Positions 9,977-19,988 of a stretch of DNA of 64,000 nt are shown one piece after another. This stretch comes from an uncultured virus (IMG/VR IMGVR_UViG_3300022836_000006) (Duplodnaviria > Heunggongvirae > Uroviricota > Caudoviricetes): IMG/VR virus record IMGVR_UViG_3300022836_000006; one strand, given 5' to 3'. The notes under the pieces were generated by a model. The model was not told the DNA's origin and did not search any database. It was given only the letters and a program-made list of their open reading frames with translations. The first letter of the stretch is position 1. The number at the start of each line of letters is the position of its first letter. Position numbers and translations under genes: made by a program.

Positions 9977-12112
9977 TTAGGGCTCAATCAGTTCCCACGT
10001 TACGACCTCGAAGTAGTTCGTGCCATCAAGCGCAGTGAGCACCGGACGCACGTTGCGGCGTAAGATGCCATACTGCGAGCTGGTGTTGGACGTGGCGCCG
10101 GTGCCTTTGGCCTTTGTGGTGATAGTATTAGTGTAGGTGTCAGATTCGGAGTCAGTGGTATCGTATTCCTGCGTTCCCGTCGCCGATCCTCCTCCTGAAA
10201 GATAGCAACCGCGGTATTCGGCCTGCCTCACGCTCGATAATGTGCGGTATATCTCCGTGGAGATCGTGTTCGCAGTGCCGGCACCGATTACTTGAGTGCC
10301 GACATAGAGTTCTTCGGTTCGGATAAACGTCACGGCGCAGGATATTTGCCCGATGTCGTAGGCCGCGGTCCCTGCCGTCGGTGGAGTCGTCACGATTTCA
10401 ACGGTGACAGTCGCCAGCACTTGCTTCGATGACGGCGGAACGACCTCCGCGATTGCTACGGTGCCATCAGGAACGCTCTCGGTCGTAAGGTTCACCGTGC
10501 CGGGAATCGTCACGTTCACTAAATCGGTATAGGTATATTTCTCTTCGACGAGCGTGCCCTGAATCGCTGTCCGGACGTAGACGATATATCCATCGTCCTC
10601 GCGATCTTCGCTCCCAATCAATACCCCGCTCGGGACGTTCGCCGCACCAAACGCCGTATTCGTGACAACCTTTGTGCCAGGAATCTTACCGTCTCTGGTA
10701 ACCGACGAAATCAGGCCAGTGCCTTTAACGAATTCCGCAGTCCATATCCTTATACCGTCTTGATCTTGGTAGTCAGCCCGAATCGCCGTGTAATCGGCAG
10801 GCGTCGAAATCGGGTTGGATGCAGCCAGCGCCACAATATGCCGGATACGTCGGATCAGTATAGCCCCACCTCGGCGCGTTTGGTCGACCTGGGAGACTTG
10901 ACCGTTACCTTCAGCCCATTTCCGGTTGTAGACCGTGTATCCGTCTTCCTCTCTGGTGGATTCGTCGATCAAGACGACGCTGCCGCCGATCGTTTGAGTC
11001 GGAGTTGCTGGCAGGCTCCCTACACGCACTTGGTTGTAGATGACGAGTTTGCCGCCTTCCTTTGTTTGGACGTCGTTGACCAAGTATCCAGTACCGACAA
11101 TTTCAGCGTAGGCTTGGGAGGTGAGGACGTAACCATCTTTTTCGGTGACGTCGCTGTCGATCAGGTTGCCGGACGGGGTGGTGGCATCGTCGGCGCCGAG
11201 ATACTGGATCGACGTGATCTTGACCTGCCCCTTTTGACGGGTGCTTTCTTTGGTGGAGATGCGACCGACTCCTTTGGCAAATTGGTATGAGTATGTTGGC
11301 GATCCATCGGGGTTTTTTACGCTGGTATCGGTGAGCGTAAATCCGGACGGCGTTGATGGGATTTCGTTGAAGAAAACGAGTGATTTTACTATGAGCTTAC
11401 CGTTGCTCGAGTCTTTGGTGCTTTCGGAGAGTTTGCCGGCCGTAATGTATGTTCGGGAGATGGTGCGGACTGCACCGGACGTTTCGCTCTTTATGTCGGA
11501 CAGGGCAACACTGAGCGAGTCGATCGTGCTAATGTCACCGACGTCGCCCGGAACGTAGGTGGCGGCGGATAGTTGCACGAATGTTCGGACAAATGCAGTT
11601 CGTCCGTTTTCCGTGTCGATTCGTTGGTCGCCCCCTATTTGGGTTTCAGAGAGTTCAACCTCGAGGTATTTTACTTTTAGCTGGCGCCGAAACTCGTCAG
11701 ATTGGTTTACGATCTGCGTGGCGGCGTATGATGAGTTGTAAATGCTGCCGATCGATATGGCGGAGATATCCACGTCGGGCTGACCAATGAGTGTGCGAGT
11801 AATGGACTCTCTCGCGTTTACATCTGTGTCGGTAATCGGCTGGATCTCATCGACCATTGCTGTGGTCAACGTCTCGAATACCTGGATCAGGGTGTTGGGT
11901 TTGTTGAGTTCACCGCCGGCTAAATCCTGGGAAACAATGAGGCACTCGGTGTGCTTACTGTCGGCAGTCTTGGGTTCGAGGAGCACGCTGGCCAGTAGCT
12001 CGGCCTTGGTGTCGACGCTGTTGATCACGTCTGAACGGTAGGTGATTCGTAGTCGTCCACCGTAGAGACGATTCACGATTGGTGGTCGGTTTCTGCGATC
12101 AACGAGTGCCAT
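9977..12112 (-). CDS. Putative tail structural protein with internal ~60-aa repeats
   Basis: Beta-rich ORF with recurring E/D-D-G-Y-x-V/L and (A)KGxG units; probable start MALVDRR at 12112. Confidence 0.55.
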   Translation of the reverse strand: MALVDRRNRPPIVNRLYGGRLRITYRSDVINSVDTKAELLASVLLEPKTADSKHTECLIVSQDLAGGELNKPNTLIQVFETLTTAMVDEIQPITDTDVNARESITRTLIGQPDVDISAISIGSIYNSSYAATQIVNQSDEFRRQLKVKYLEVELSETQIGGDQRIDTENGRTAFVRTFVQLSAATYVPGDVGDISTIDSLSVALSDIKSETSGAVRTISRTYITAGKLSESTKDSSNGKLIVKSLVFFNEIPSTPSGFTLTDTSVKNPDGSPTYSYQFAKGVGRISTKESTRQKGQVKITSIQYLGADDATTPSGNLIDSDVTEKDGYVLTSQAYAEIVGTGYLVNDVQTKEGGKLVIYNQVRVGSLPATPTQTIGGSVVLIDESTREEDGYTVYNRKWAEGNGQVSQVDQTRRGGAILIRRIRHIVALAASNPISTPADYTAIRADYQDQDGIRIWTAEFVKGTGLISSVTRDGKIPGTKVVTNTAFGAANVPSGVLIGSEDREDDGYIVYVRTAIQGTLVEEKYTYTDLVNVTIPGTVNLTTESVPDGTVAIAEVVPPSSKQVLATVTVEIVTTPPTAGTAAYDIGQISCAVTFIRTEELYVGTQVIGAGTANTISTEIYRTLSSVRQAEYRGCYLSGGGSATGTQEYDTTDSESDTYTNTITTKAKGTGATSNTSSQYGILRRNVRPVLTALDGTNYFEVVTWELIEP

Positions 12113-12187
12113 GTGAACCGTTGTGATAGAAAGTTGAACAAAAATCAACGTTGACGATCAGGCATCTTTAGGAATATCGAGTAATCT

Positions 12188-13369
12188 ATGGCAATTTCTT
12201 CAGATCAGGCTGTCGCCGATCCCGAAACAGACACCGGCACCGATGATAATACAGCGGCGACGGTGGTAGAGGTTGCACAGGGTAACGACTTTACGTCGCG
12301 ACTCGACTCAGCGGAAAACCCCGCCGATATCCTTAGTTTGCTTGATGACGTGAATTCTGGAGGGATTGAAGTCCCCCAGGGGGAAGCGAAAGAAAAGCCG
12401 ACTGATGTTATTGAAACGGAGGAGACCGAAGAAACCGAGCAATTGGAAGAAACGGAAACCAACGAAGGGGCGGCAAAATTAGAAGAAAAGGAAGATGAGG
12501 AGCCGGAAGGTTCCGATAGTGCCGAGAAACCCGAGGAAGACGAAGACGAAGACGAAACGGAAGGCGACGCCTCCGCACATCGTAAGCAGTTCAGGATCCG
12601 AGGGAGTGATGCAGTAGAGGAGCGAGCGCTTGAGCTGAAGAAGTTCAATCGCGATATGTCTCTTGACGAGTGTCTCGAACGTGCGCGGCGTGAAACTTCA
12701 GGTAGCAATACCGAAGATTCGAAGGCCGAGGATACGGAGGAAGAGCGGGCGGATGGCCTACCCTCGACCACAGATGCCACACGTCTCAAAATCAAGGAGC
12801 TGCGTACTGAAAGGAGCAAAGCGATGACCGAGGAGTTGGATTTGGCTAAGGCGGACCGCCTAGACCAAGAGATCGACGACCTGCGGGATCACTTGATAGT
12901 GATCGATCGAGAAGAGCACGGTAAAGCGTCACAGAAGCAGTCGGCGGAGACTCGTCTTTACGATGAGTCGTTTGATGCGGCTACGGCAAAAGCCCACGGG
13001 CTATACGATTTTCTGAAAGATTCCAAGAGCGCAGCGATGGTTCGTTTGCGTGAGATTGATGCGACTTTGAAGGAGAACGGCGACCCGCTGTTCAATGATC
13101 CTGACAAGCCGCTGAAGCTCGCGCAAATGGTGGCATCCGAGTTGCGCATTGCGCCTAAGTCCAAAAAGACCGCAGCGCCTTCTAAAGAAGCCAAAAAATC
13201 CGCCCCAGTTGAGTCCGCCCAAAAAGTTCAGCTCGCGTCGGGAAGTTCCCGGACGAGCACACAATCTAATGGGAAGGATCAGCTTACTCAGACGCTGGAT
13301 TCGATCAAGAGCCCTGCCGACCTAGCGCGAGCTATGGAGGCATTGGGTATCAGCATCGATACGGGGTAA
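12188..13369 (+). CDS. Capsid scaffolding protein (module A)
   Basis: Very acidic N-half and coiled-coil C-half; immediately upstream of capsid gene. Confidence 0.7.
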   Translation: MAISSDQAVADPETDTGTDDNTAATVVEVAQGNDFTSRLDSAENPADILSLLDDVNSGGIEVPQGEAKEKPTDVIETEETEETEQLEETETNEGAAKLEEKEDEEPEGSDSAEKPEEDEDEDETEGDASAHRKQFRIRGSDAVEERALELKKFNRDMSLDECLERARRETSGSNTEDSKAEDTEEERADGLPSTTDATRLKIKELRTERSKAMTEELDLAKADRLDQEIDDLRDHLIVIDREEHGKASQKQSAETRLYDESFDAATAKAHGLYDFLKDSKSAAMVRLREIDATLKENGDPLFNDPDKPLKLAQMVASELRIAPKSKKTAAPSKEAKKSAPVESAQKVQLASGSSRTSTQSNGKDQLTQTLDSIKSPADLARAMEALGISIDTG

Positions 13370-13430
13370 TCCCCCGGATCCAGTTAATCAGTAGGCTGAC
13401 TCCGGCAGTTAACTTAAGGAGATCAGAAAA

Positions 13431-14912
13431 ATGGCTTATAGTGAAGTATCCCCCAACACTGGGGACGCGCTTTCGACAATGGACGACGGTTCAGTGCGGA
13501 AGCTTTGGCAGAAAACCGTGGATATGTTCGAACAGACCGAGGATTTCTTCGATCAGTTCGAGGGTAAGGGCAAAGGCTCCCCCGTCCTCATCAAAAACGA
13601 CACATCTAAGGGTGCCGGTCAGACGATGACCATCACCAATCGCGCCGGTTATTACGGCGAGGGCAAAAGTGGCGACGCTCTTTTCGAAGAGACTTCCGAC
13701 TACGAGGTTGATCGCATCAACAGCTACACGCTGTCTGTGGATTTTTTACGTAACGCTACGTCGATGACTGAGCGGACCGAGGAAGTCATGGGCATGCGCG
13801 GCGAGCTGCGTGGCGGTCAGGCTGCTGAGTTGGGCAGATGGATGGGCCGTGAAAAGTCCGCCCGGATGATGATGCTCTTTCGCGAGCGTGGTCTCTCGCC
13901 GAATTTGGTATTCGGTGGCGGACGAATGGCGGAGGCTGAGATCGTGTCTGCCGATGGCCTAAACTGGGACGAGATTGTCTCGGCTCAGGCGCAACTCCAA
14001 CCGATGGGCGGTCGTCCGGCTCTCATGGGTTACGATAAGGGTCGCAACGCGATCTATCGTTACATCGTGGCTGGCACGACTCCTGGGTTGTTCAGTCTCG
14101 AGGTCGATGCTGATTTCAAGCAGGTTCTGCGCGAGGCCGGTGTCCGTGGTGACAGCAATGCGGTCTTCGATGGTGGCTTCGTGGACGTTCGTGGTAATCG
14201 CATCAAGCGGTTCAATCCGATCGATCACGATGGCGCTGGCGCTGTGGGTTCCCCTTGGAATCCCAAGGCGTTTCTCGGTGCTGCTATTACGGCTGGCACG
14301 GAGGCTTTTGACGTCAAGGGCGGTGGTAATATCACCTACGGTGCGCTGACTACGCCTCTCTACTTTAAGTATTTTGAGGGTCATGACTTCGAGATGATGG
14401 CTGGTGATTTGCTTACGGCCAGCACGGTTGAGAAGTACTTCCTCATTGTGAATCCTCGCGGTTCTGGCTCAGACCAAGATGGCAAGGTCGGCATGTATGC
14501 ATTCACCGTGGGTAACAACGGCAACAAGATTACGGTGTCGAAGCGTCTCGGTTCTGCCACTGCGGGTATCCGAAATGATACCGTTGGTGAGGTCGATTGG
14601 AACGCCGGCGTGTGGAATGGCAAGCACACCGATGTCCATGAGGTTGGTGCGACGATCATCCCTTGTAATGCAAAGGGTGTTCCTATCGGTGATACGGTAA
14701 TCATGGGGGCTAATGCAGCCCTGCGTGGTTACGGTAAGTATCGGAACAAACGCTCCAGCGAGTCGAAGAACGGCGATTTTGTTCATTATCGCTACATCAG
14801 CTCGGTCTTTGGGCAGGCGTTGCGCAAGGACACGCTGGGTCGGATTCCGGGTTATATCCGGGTTCGCCACGCGTTGAACTACGCGGGTCTCGGTCTTCCG
14901 ACGGTCACTTGA
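13431..14912 (+). CDS. Major capsid protein, N4-gp56/DUF4043-like
   Basis: KGAGQTMTIT...GEGKSGD...YTLSVDFLRNA pattern; strong RBS (AAGGAGA); follows scaffold; followed by a hairpin. Confidence 0.75.
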   Translation: MAYSEVSPNTGDALSTMDDGSVRKLWQKTVDMFEQTEDFFDQFEGKGKGSPVLIKNDTSKGAGQTMTITNRAGYYGEGKSGDALFEETSDYEVDRINSYTLSVDFLRNATSMTERTEEVMGMRGELRGGQAAELGRWMGREKSARMMMLFRERGLSPNLVFGGGRMAEAEIVSADGLNWDEIVSAQAQLQPMGGRPALMGYDKGRNAIYRYIVAGTTPGLFSLEVDADFKQVLREAGVRGDSNAVFDGGFVDVRGNRIKRFNPIDHDGAGAVGSPWNPKAFLGAAITAGTEAFDVKGGGNITYGALTTPLYFKYFEGHDFEMMAGDLLTASTVEKYFLIVNPRGSGSDQDGKVGMYAFTVGNNGNKITVSKRLGSATAGIRNDTVGEVDWNAGVWNGKHTDVHEVGATIIPCNAKGVPIGDTVIMGANAALRGYGKYRNKRSSESKNGDFVHYRYISSVFGQALRKDTLGRIPGYIRVRHALNYAGLGLPTVT

Positions 14913-14933
14913 GGTTAAGCCTCTGCTAGTTTC

Positions 14934-14967
14934 AGCCGGTCTTGGTTAATCCCGAGGCCGGCTTTCT
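14934..14967 (+). terminator. Hairpin after capsid gene (weak U tract)
   Basis: AGCCGGTCTTGG-TTAATC-CCGAGGCCGGCT-TTCT. Confidence 0.5.
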
Positions 14968-14976
14968 GGGTGAACA

Positions 14977-15384
14977 ATGAAATTGATTATCTGCATTCGT
15001 AAGAAGTTGAACCTGCACGGACATTCGGTGCGGTCGTTTCGATATGATGCGGTGAGGGATGTCCATATTTGGCAGGGGCGGGAGTTGGGAGTGGAGGAGT
15101 TTAATCGGGAGTCACAGGCTGTGATCACGAACAACTCGGACCTGGCTCCGTTTGCCTTGGTGGTCGAGGAGGCGCAAGAGGTGGCCGCAACGAGCGCGGC
15201 TCAGGATACGGTTTCACAGTTGGAGGGATCGCTGAAGAAGTGGAAGGGTTACAATAAGGCCGGAGCTTTGGCGGAGAACCTGGCAACGCTTGTGTCGGAG
15301 CATGCGGCGATGGACTCCATATTGACTCCAGTAGTTCCCGCTCCAGCACGGAAAAAGAAGAAGCGGGGAGGATCGTCCAAATGA
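14977..15384 (+). CDS. Hypothetical protein
   Basis: 135-aa ORF coupled to next gene. Confidence 0.55.
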   Translation: MKLIICIRKKLNLHGHSVRSFRYDAVRDVHIWQGRELGVEEFNRESQAVITNNSDLAPFALVVEEAQEVAATSAAQDTVSQLEGSLKKWKGYNKAGALAENLATLVSEHAAMDSILTPVVPAPARKKKKRGGSSK

Positions 15385-16085
15385 TGACCGTGGTTGAATT
15401 GCGCGATGATGCGCTGGGTAAGTTGGGAATCGTTTATGCTGATGCCTCTGCGGATGTTTTACAGGATGTGCTGCAGGCGATCAACTGGGGGCAGCAGATG
15501 CTGTGGCGCTCCGGCACGGAGTATTTTACCCGGCAGCGCATTCCGGTTACGCTGATCGAGGGAACGGGGACCTACACGATGGAGGATTCGGTGCAGTCGC
15601 TGATTGGTCCGGTTATCTCTGCTGCGGGTGTCCCTTTGCGGCGGATTGATACGCGGGGCGAGATGGAGGAGTTTGGTCTGATCTACCTTGGTCAAACTGT
15701 TCGGACCCTTTCTAACGCAGCGCCGATTGCCTACTTTGTGGACGATTTGCGGCAGACCGGCGACGACGTGCATGACATTATCCTGTCGATCGTTCCTACG
15801 CCAGATTCTGGCGCGGTTACGAATCATTCGCCGGTGATAGTGGACGGAATACTTGAGCCTACTGTCTACGTGACGGCTGATTTAACCTCTACCGATGCGG
15901 TGCAGGTTGCTGATGGCTACGTGGAGTCTCTTTTGCTGCCATTGGTGCGGCTGGCGATCACTCGCTCGTCCTATTTTAGCCGCGAGGAGCTTGAGGTGCG
16001 GATTCAGGCTGATGCAGATCAGGCGATGGCGATCTTGGGGATTGCGGATCCAGAGAAACCTTTGAAGAGGGAGGCTAAACGATGA
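15381..16085 (+). CDS. Putative head-tail adaptor protein
   Basis: MTVVELRD..., AINWGQQ, LIEGTGTYTM, PIAY, IVPTPD pattern of podovirus adaptor-like proteins; position after capsid. Confidence 0.6.
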   Translation: MMTVVELRDDALGKLGIVYADASADVLQDVLQAINWGQQMLWRSGTEYFTRQRIPVTLIEGTGTYTMEDSVQSLIGPVISAAGVPLRRIDTRGEMEEFGLIYLGQTVRTLSNAAPIAYFVDDLRQTGDDVHDIILSIVPTPDSGAVTNHSPVIVDGILEPTVYVTADLTSTDAVQVADGYVESLLLPLVRLAITRSSYFSREELEVRIQADADQAMAILGIADPEKPLKREAKR

Positions 16086-16957
16086 CTATTGTTGAGGCAC
16101 TTTCACGTATCTCACGTCGGTATTCATCTCGGGCATATTCGGCGTTATCAGCGGCTGAGACGCAGGAGGCTCTCGAAGGGCTGAACGCGGGGATGCAGGA
16201 GCTGTATTCGCTGCTGCCGGAGGGTTACAAGATCAAGCCATTGTCGCTCTCAGTGGAAGCGCCGGCCAATCAAACGGTGAATGCGACAGAGGGATCTGCT
16301 ACATTGACGGCGGACGATTTTGCTACTGCCGACATTGGGAAGACTTTTGTTTCGAGTGCGGATCCGCTTTGGCACCGGGTGGCGGCGATCAATGCGTTTC
16401 GCGACGTTTGGCTTGGGGCGACAGGGGCCGAGGCCGGGATACTTTATCACGATTTCATTTTTGGCGACGACTACCCCTTTGTGCGGCTGGTCTCGGACCC
16501 GGTGCTCTTAGATGGGGCGCAAGCTCATCCGCTTCGGCTTTTGCAACAGAGCCAGATTGATAAACAGGAAATTGCGGGAGTGACGGCGAGTGTCGGGCGT
16601 CCTCGTTATTACTGGATCGAGCAGCAGGGAACCAGCCAAGGGTTGGATCCCATGATCGCGATCCGCCTGCTGCCAGTTCCCGATCGGGCCTACCGGATTA
16701 GGGTGCGTGCATCCTATCTTCCGCGTCGTGCTCTTTTTGCCGATATTGCCGCAAATGGAGTTTTGCCGATTCCTGATTCTTGCGTTGAGGCGTTTATCCA
16801 AATCGTGGGCGCTCACATGTCGGGTCTTAAGGGCTGGGACGCGGTGACGCCTGCGAAGGCAGAGAGCGACGCTCTGGCTGGTCGAAGTATTCCCAGCCGC
16901 CTCCCTCCTCACATGCATCTCCAAATATCCCGGGTGGGAACGCCTGCCTATTTTTAA
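16082..16957 (+). CDS. Second adaptor-like protein
   Basis: MTIVEAL..., GRPRYY, LLPVPDRAYRIRV motifs; similar layout to preceding gene. Confidence 0.55.
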   Translation: MTIVEALSRISRRYSSRAYSALSAAETQEALEGLNAGMQELYSLLPEGYKIKPLSLSVEAPANQTVNATEGSATLTADDFATADIGKTFVSSADPLWHRVAAINAFRDVWLGATGAEAGILYHDFIFGDDYPFVRLVSDPVLLDGAQAHPLRLLQQSQIDKQEIAGVTASVGRPRYYWIEQQGTSQGLDPMIAIRLLPVPDRAYRIRVRASYLPRRALFADIAANGVLPIPDSCVEAFIQIVGAHMSGLKGWDAVTPAKAESDALAGRSIPSRLPPHMHLQISRVGTPAYF

Positions 16958-16977
16958 TTTACTAAAATCATTACATC

Positions 16978-17490
16978 ATGAGCACATCTCCGTTTAATTC
17001 CTCCCGCACGCCCCTCCGCAACTTGCAACACCTCCTGAGCTCGTTGGTTTTTTCGGTGAGCAAAGTTTTTAATACCTTCGAGATTTGCGCTGCTCAGGTG
17101 CTTTTTAATCATAATGAGCGGATCGACACCATTGAGACGGGCCGGTTAAAGGTATCTCCTCGGGCTGCTGCTGCTGTCATTTCTACGGAAGGGAATGCAG
17201 TGTATTCCGCAGCTAATTTTGCCACCGGAGTCATTGAGCGTGATCCGAACGGATCAAATCGAGCGGACACGACTGATAGTGCCGTGAATCTGATCGCCGG
17301 CTTGGGTTTGACTGCAGATTACCAGAGTATTGATTGTCTCCTTGTTAATAAAAGCTCAGACCGTTCAGTTGGCCTTTCGGGAGGGACTGGAGTCACTCAG
17401 CAGTATGATATTAACTTTCGTGAATTACATGCGATTCGTATTAGTATTGTCCGCACAAGCGCAACTAACGTTTCCATCAGGTCGTTTTAA
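16978..17490 (+). CDS. Hypothetical virion protein
   Basis: 170-aa ORF in late operon. Confidence 0.5.
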   Translation: MSTSPFNSSRTPLRNLQHLLSSLVFSVSKVFNTFEICAAQVLFNHNERIDTIETGRLKVSPRAAAAVISTEGNAVYSAANFATGVIERDPNGSNRADTTDSAVNLIAGLGLTADYQSIDCLLVNKSSDRSVGLSGGTGVTQQYDINFRELHAIRISIVRTSATNVSIRSF

Positions 17491-17535
17491 TTAAATACTA
17501 GGAGCGCCTCAGTTTTACCAGTAATATAATAAATC

Positions 17536-17829
17536 ATGAAATCCGCAATTCCACACATTTCAACGACCGGTCGCGTTCTGACTACTACTACTGGTGATGC
17601 TTACATTAATCTCGGGGACGCTCTTGCGCACGAGGTTCAAATCATTAACCGGTCCGGCACCGAGATTGACGTGAAGACGGCCAATAGCGAAATCGCTGTT
17701 CCGATACCAAATGGAGCCGGATTGGTGCTCGGACTTTCCGCTAATCTTTCGGAGGTAGCGGTGCGACGCACTGACGGCGATAATGCTCAGGTGTTCGTTA
17801 GCTTCGTCCACCTTCGATTCACCAACTAA
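17536..17829 (+). CDS. Small beta-rich virion protein
   Basis: 97 aa; precedes fibre genes. Confidence 0.5.
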   Translation: MKSAIPHISTTGRVLTTTTGDAYINLGDALAHEVQIINRSGTEIDVKTANSEIAVPIPNGAGLVLGLSANLSEVAVRRTDGDNAQVFVSFVHLRFTN

Positions 17830-17847
17830 AAAAAGGAGACCCATAAA

Positions 17848-18204
17848 ATGAGATCACAAGGAGGATTAGGATATTCACCGGGGATTAGCTCAGGAGGTGC
17901 CCCTGCAGCTCATGCTTCGACGCATGCATCAGGTGGCAGCGACCCTATTGCTCCCGATGATTTCGGGGCCATGAGCGCTGCGCTTTCTGATTTAACTGGC
18001 GGAGAAGCTGGCTCCCTAGATGGACTGGCAACTGCTGGAGGCGCGATTGCTGAGAACTCTGTTCGGTTCGTGGTTCAAAACTTTGTGCTGTCGTCTTGGA
18101 AGCTAACGGATGACGATTCCGCAGAGAATGTCGCAGGCGGTATTATTCGTCCAGACGACTATGCAACGACTACGAATGAGTTTGTCTGGCTCCAGGTCAG
18201 CTAA
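17848..18204 (+). CDS. Small fibre-associated protein
   Basis: HASTHASGGSDPI motif typical of phage fibre proteins; RBS AAGGAG. Confidence 0.55.
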   Translation: MRSQGGLGYSPGISSGGAPAAHASTHASGGSDPIAPDDFGAMSAALSDLTGGEAGSLDGLATAGGAIAENSVRFVVQNFVLSSWKLTDDDSAENVAGGIIRPDDYATTTNEFVWLQVS

Positions 18205-18223
18205 CGGAAAGGGAAACACTATT

Positions 18224-19975
18224 ATGAAAATCATTACACAATATTTGGTGCTTTGGGCACTCTTAGCCGGACTGCTCTTCGGTCAAGTGGAGACGGTCAA
18301 GAAGAGTCCGGGCAATGATGAAATTACAGAGGATTTGGTAATCCCTGAAGGACGGGCTCTGACGGTCGATGGGACTCTGACGGTCAATGGCCTCGATGTT
18401 GGCAGTGTGTCGTCGCAATTCGCCGCCCGGCAAATGGCAGGCTACGGCATCAGCGACGGGGCGACGGCGAACCGTGGCGAGATCCTAACGCCGGGTGCGA
18501 TTGGGGACGTGGCTGGTTTACCAATGTCATTTCTCGCGGTCATAGACGTAGGCACATCTGACCCATCTTTAAATTCTGGCGTCATTTACATCGGAGACTC
18601 TACTTCTCCTAACTTCTCGACCGGGGGCGGGACCAGCAATGCCTCATACGCATATATTACAACCGGGGGAAGCCTGCAGATTCGAGTAAATGGGGCAGCT
18701 GGAAGTAATTATCGCCGCCTGATTTACACGGATTTCCGCACGGCTTATTCGGGTCGCAATGGACTCCGATTGGCGATAGTTTTCCCTGAAGGGAATAGCA
18801 CCACGAGCCCCAGAATCGAGGTCGATGGGGTGGATGTTACAGGGAGTTTTGCCCTCAGCACCGCTGGAGTAATTCCGAACTGGATTCCAACTGCTCTAGA
18901 AACTACCAAGTACCTATGGGGGTATCAATGGTCAGCAGGTCGCAGTCCCTACGTGCGAGCGATCATCGGCGCACTTAGCACCGCCGAGTCCGCAACGTGG
19001 GGCACCACCGGCGAGCTGCCGACGTGGGCGACTAAGGCGGGTAGTGCGGTAAATCCTATCGCGAATAGCGGATTTGAAACGACTGGTTCCGAGGGGACTT
19101 CCGTTTTTGCCAATTGGTGGGGCGGCGCGAACCTCACAACATCAGCTGAAACTAGCGATCCTTACGTTGGCGCTAACTCTCTTAGGCTAACCGGAGGGGG
19201 TGCATTGTCCTCAACCCTGAACAACCATTTGAGGGCTGAGCCTTTCGGACTCGACAACTTCGGGGCTCCATGGACTCCCGGTCAATATGGCAGAGTTACT
19301 TTTGCGGCAAAACACGTTTCAGGGGGCAGTCTCTATTTCGGTAACGCTTACGTATCCCTGAAAACAGTCGCATCTGGAGACGCGAGCGGGTGGACTGAGT
19401 TTGAGTGGTCTGGGATTATTACTAGCAGCTCCGGCTATGCAGCCCCTGTTTTTGGAGCGGCATCAAGCGCGGTTTGGTTAATTGATAAAGTAGTGTTTTT
19501 GCAAGAGGGATTAATAGACGACCCATACTACCAGCCAGCCCTTGCTACCGGTGACCGTCTAGGCCGCATGTCCCGCCGCTTGCTGGGTATCACTCCGATG
19601 GTCGCGCTCGGAGTCTCTGAGGTCGTCATCAGTCACACGCTATCATGGGACGGCACCAATCACACCGCGCAATCCCTCACCGGCGGCAAAGCGTTTGAGG
19701 CGGGCTTTGTTCCGACCATGATTTCGCTCGTGCCCGACGCCGCCAGCTCCGGCGACGGTTGGACTATCGGCACCTCCGCCGATGCCGACCAATACAAGAC
19801 CGTGGCGAGCTACTCGACCGGGAAAACGATCTACACGCAGGCCGACTTCGCGAGCCGCGTTCCCGGCGGCACCGGCGCGACCAACCTCGACCTCCTCATC
19901 GATCCCGATACCGCCAATTACACCGGCAGCATCGAGGTCACCATCTACGGCAGCAACACCGCGGGATCCCCCTAA
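18224..19975 (+). CDS. Fibre/receptor-binding-type protein A (LamG-like plus carbohydrate-binding-like domains)
   Basis: Probable start MKIITQY. NPIANSGFET resembles a CBM domain start. Homologous to 39135..40718. Followed by chaperone-like gene. Confidence 0.65.
   Translation: MKIITQYLVLWALLAGLLFGQVETVKKSPGNDEITEDLVIPEGRALTVDGTLTVNGLDVGSVSSQFAARQMAGYGISDGATANRGEILTPGAIGDVAGLPMSFLAVIDVGTSDPSLNSGVIYIGDSTSPNFSTGGGTSNASYAYITTGGSLQIRVNGAAGSNYRRLIYTDFRTAYSGRNGLRLAIVFPEGNSTTSPRIEVDGVDVTGSFALSTAGVIPNWIPTALETTKYLWGYQWSAGRSPYVRAIIGALSTAESATWGTTGELPTWATKAGSAVNPIANSGFETTGSEGTSVFANWWGGANLTTSAETSDPYVGANSLRLTGGGALSSTLNNHLRAEPFGLDNFGAPWTPGQYGRVTFAAKHVSGGSLYFGNAYVSLKTVASGDASGWTEFEWSGIITSSSGYAAPVFGAASSAVWLIDKVVFLQEGLIDDPYYQPALATGDRLGRMSRRLLGITPMVALGVSEVVISHTLSWDGTNHTAQSLTGGKAFEAGFVPTMISLVPDAASSGDGWTIGTSADADQYKTVASYSTGKTIYTQADFASRVPGGTGATNLDLLIDPDTANYTGSIEVTIYGSNTAGSP
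18414..18504 (+). repeat. Shared fibre block 1; inverted copy at 40528-40618
   Basis: Both encode QFAARQMAGYGISDGATANRGEILTPGAIG with only a few third-position differences. Confidence 0.95.
18947..19051 (+). repeat. Shared fibre block 2; inverted copy at 39993-40097
   Basis: PYVRAIIGALST(A/D)ESATWGTTGELPTWAT(K/Q)AGSAV; near-identical DNA. Confidence 0.95.
19517..19593 (+). repeat. Shared fibre block 3; inverted copy at 39478-39554
   Basis: DDPYYQPALATGDRLGRMSRRLLGIT; two synonymous differences seen. Confidence 0.95.
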
Positions 19976-19988
19976 CCCCTAACCAACC

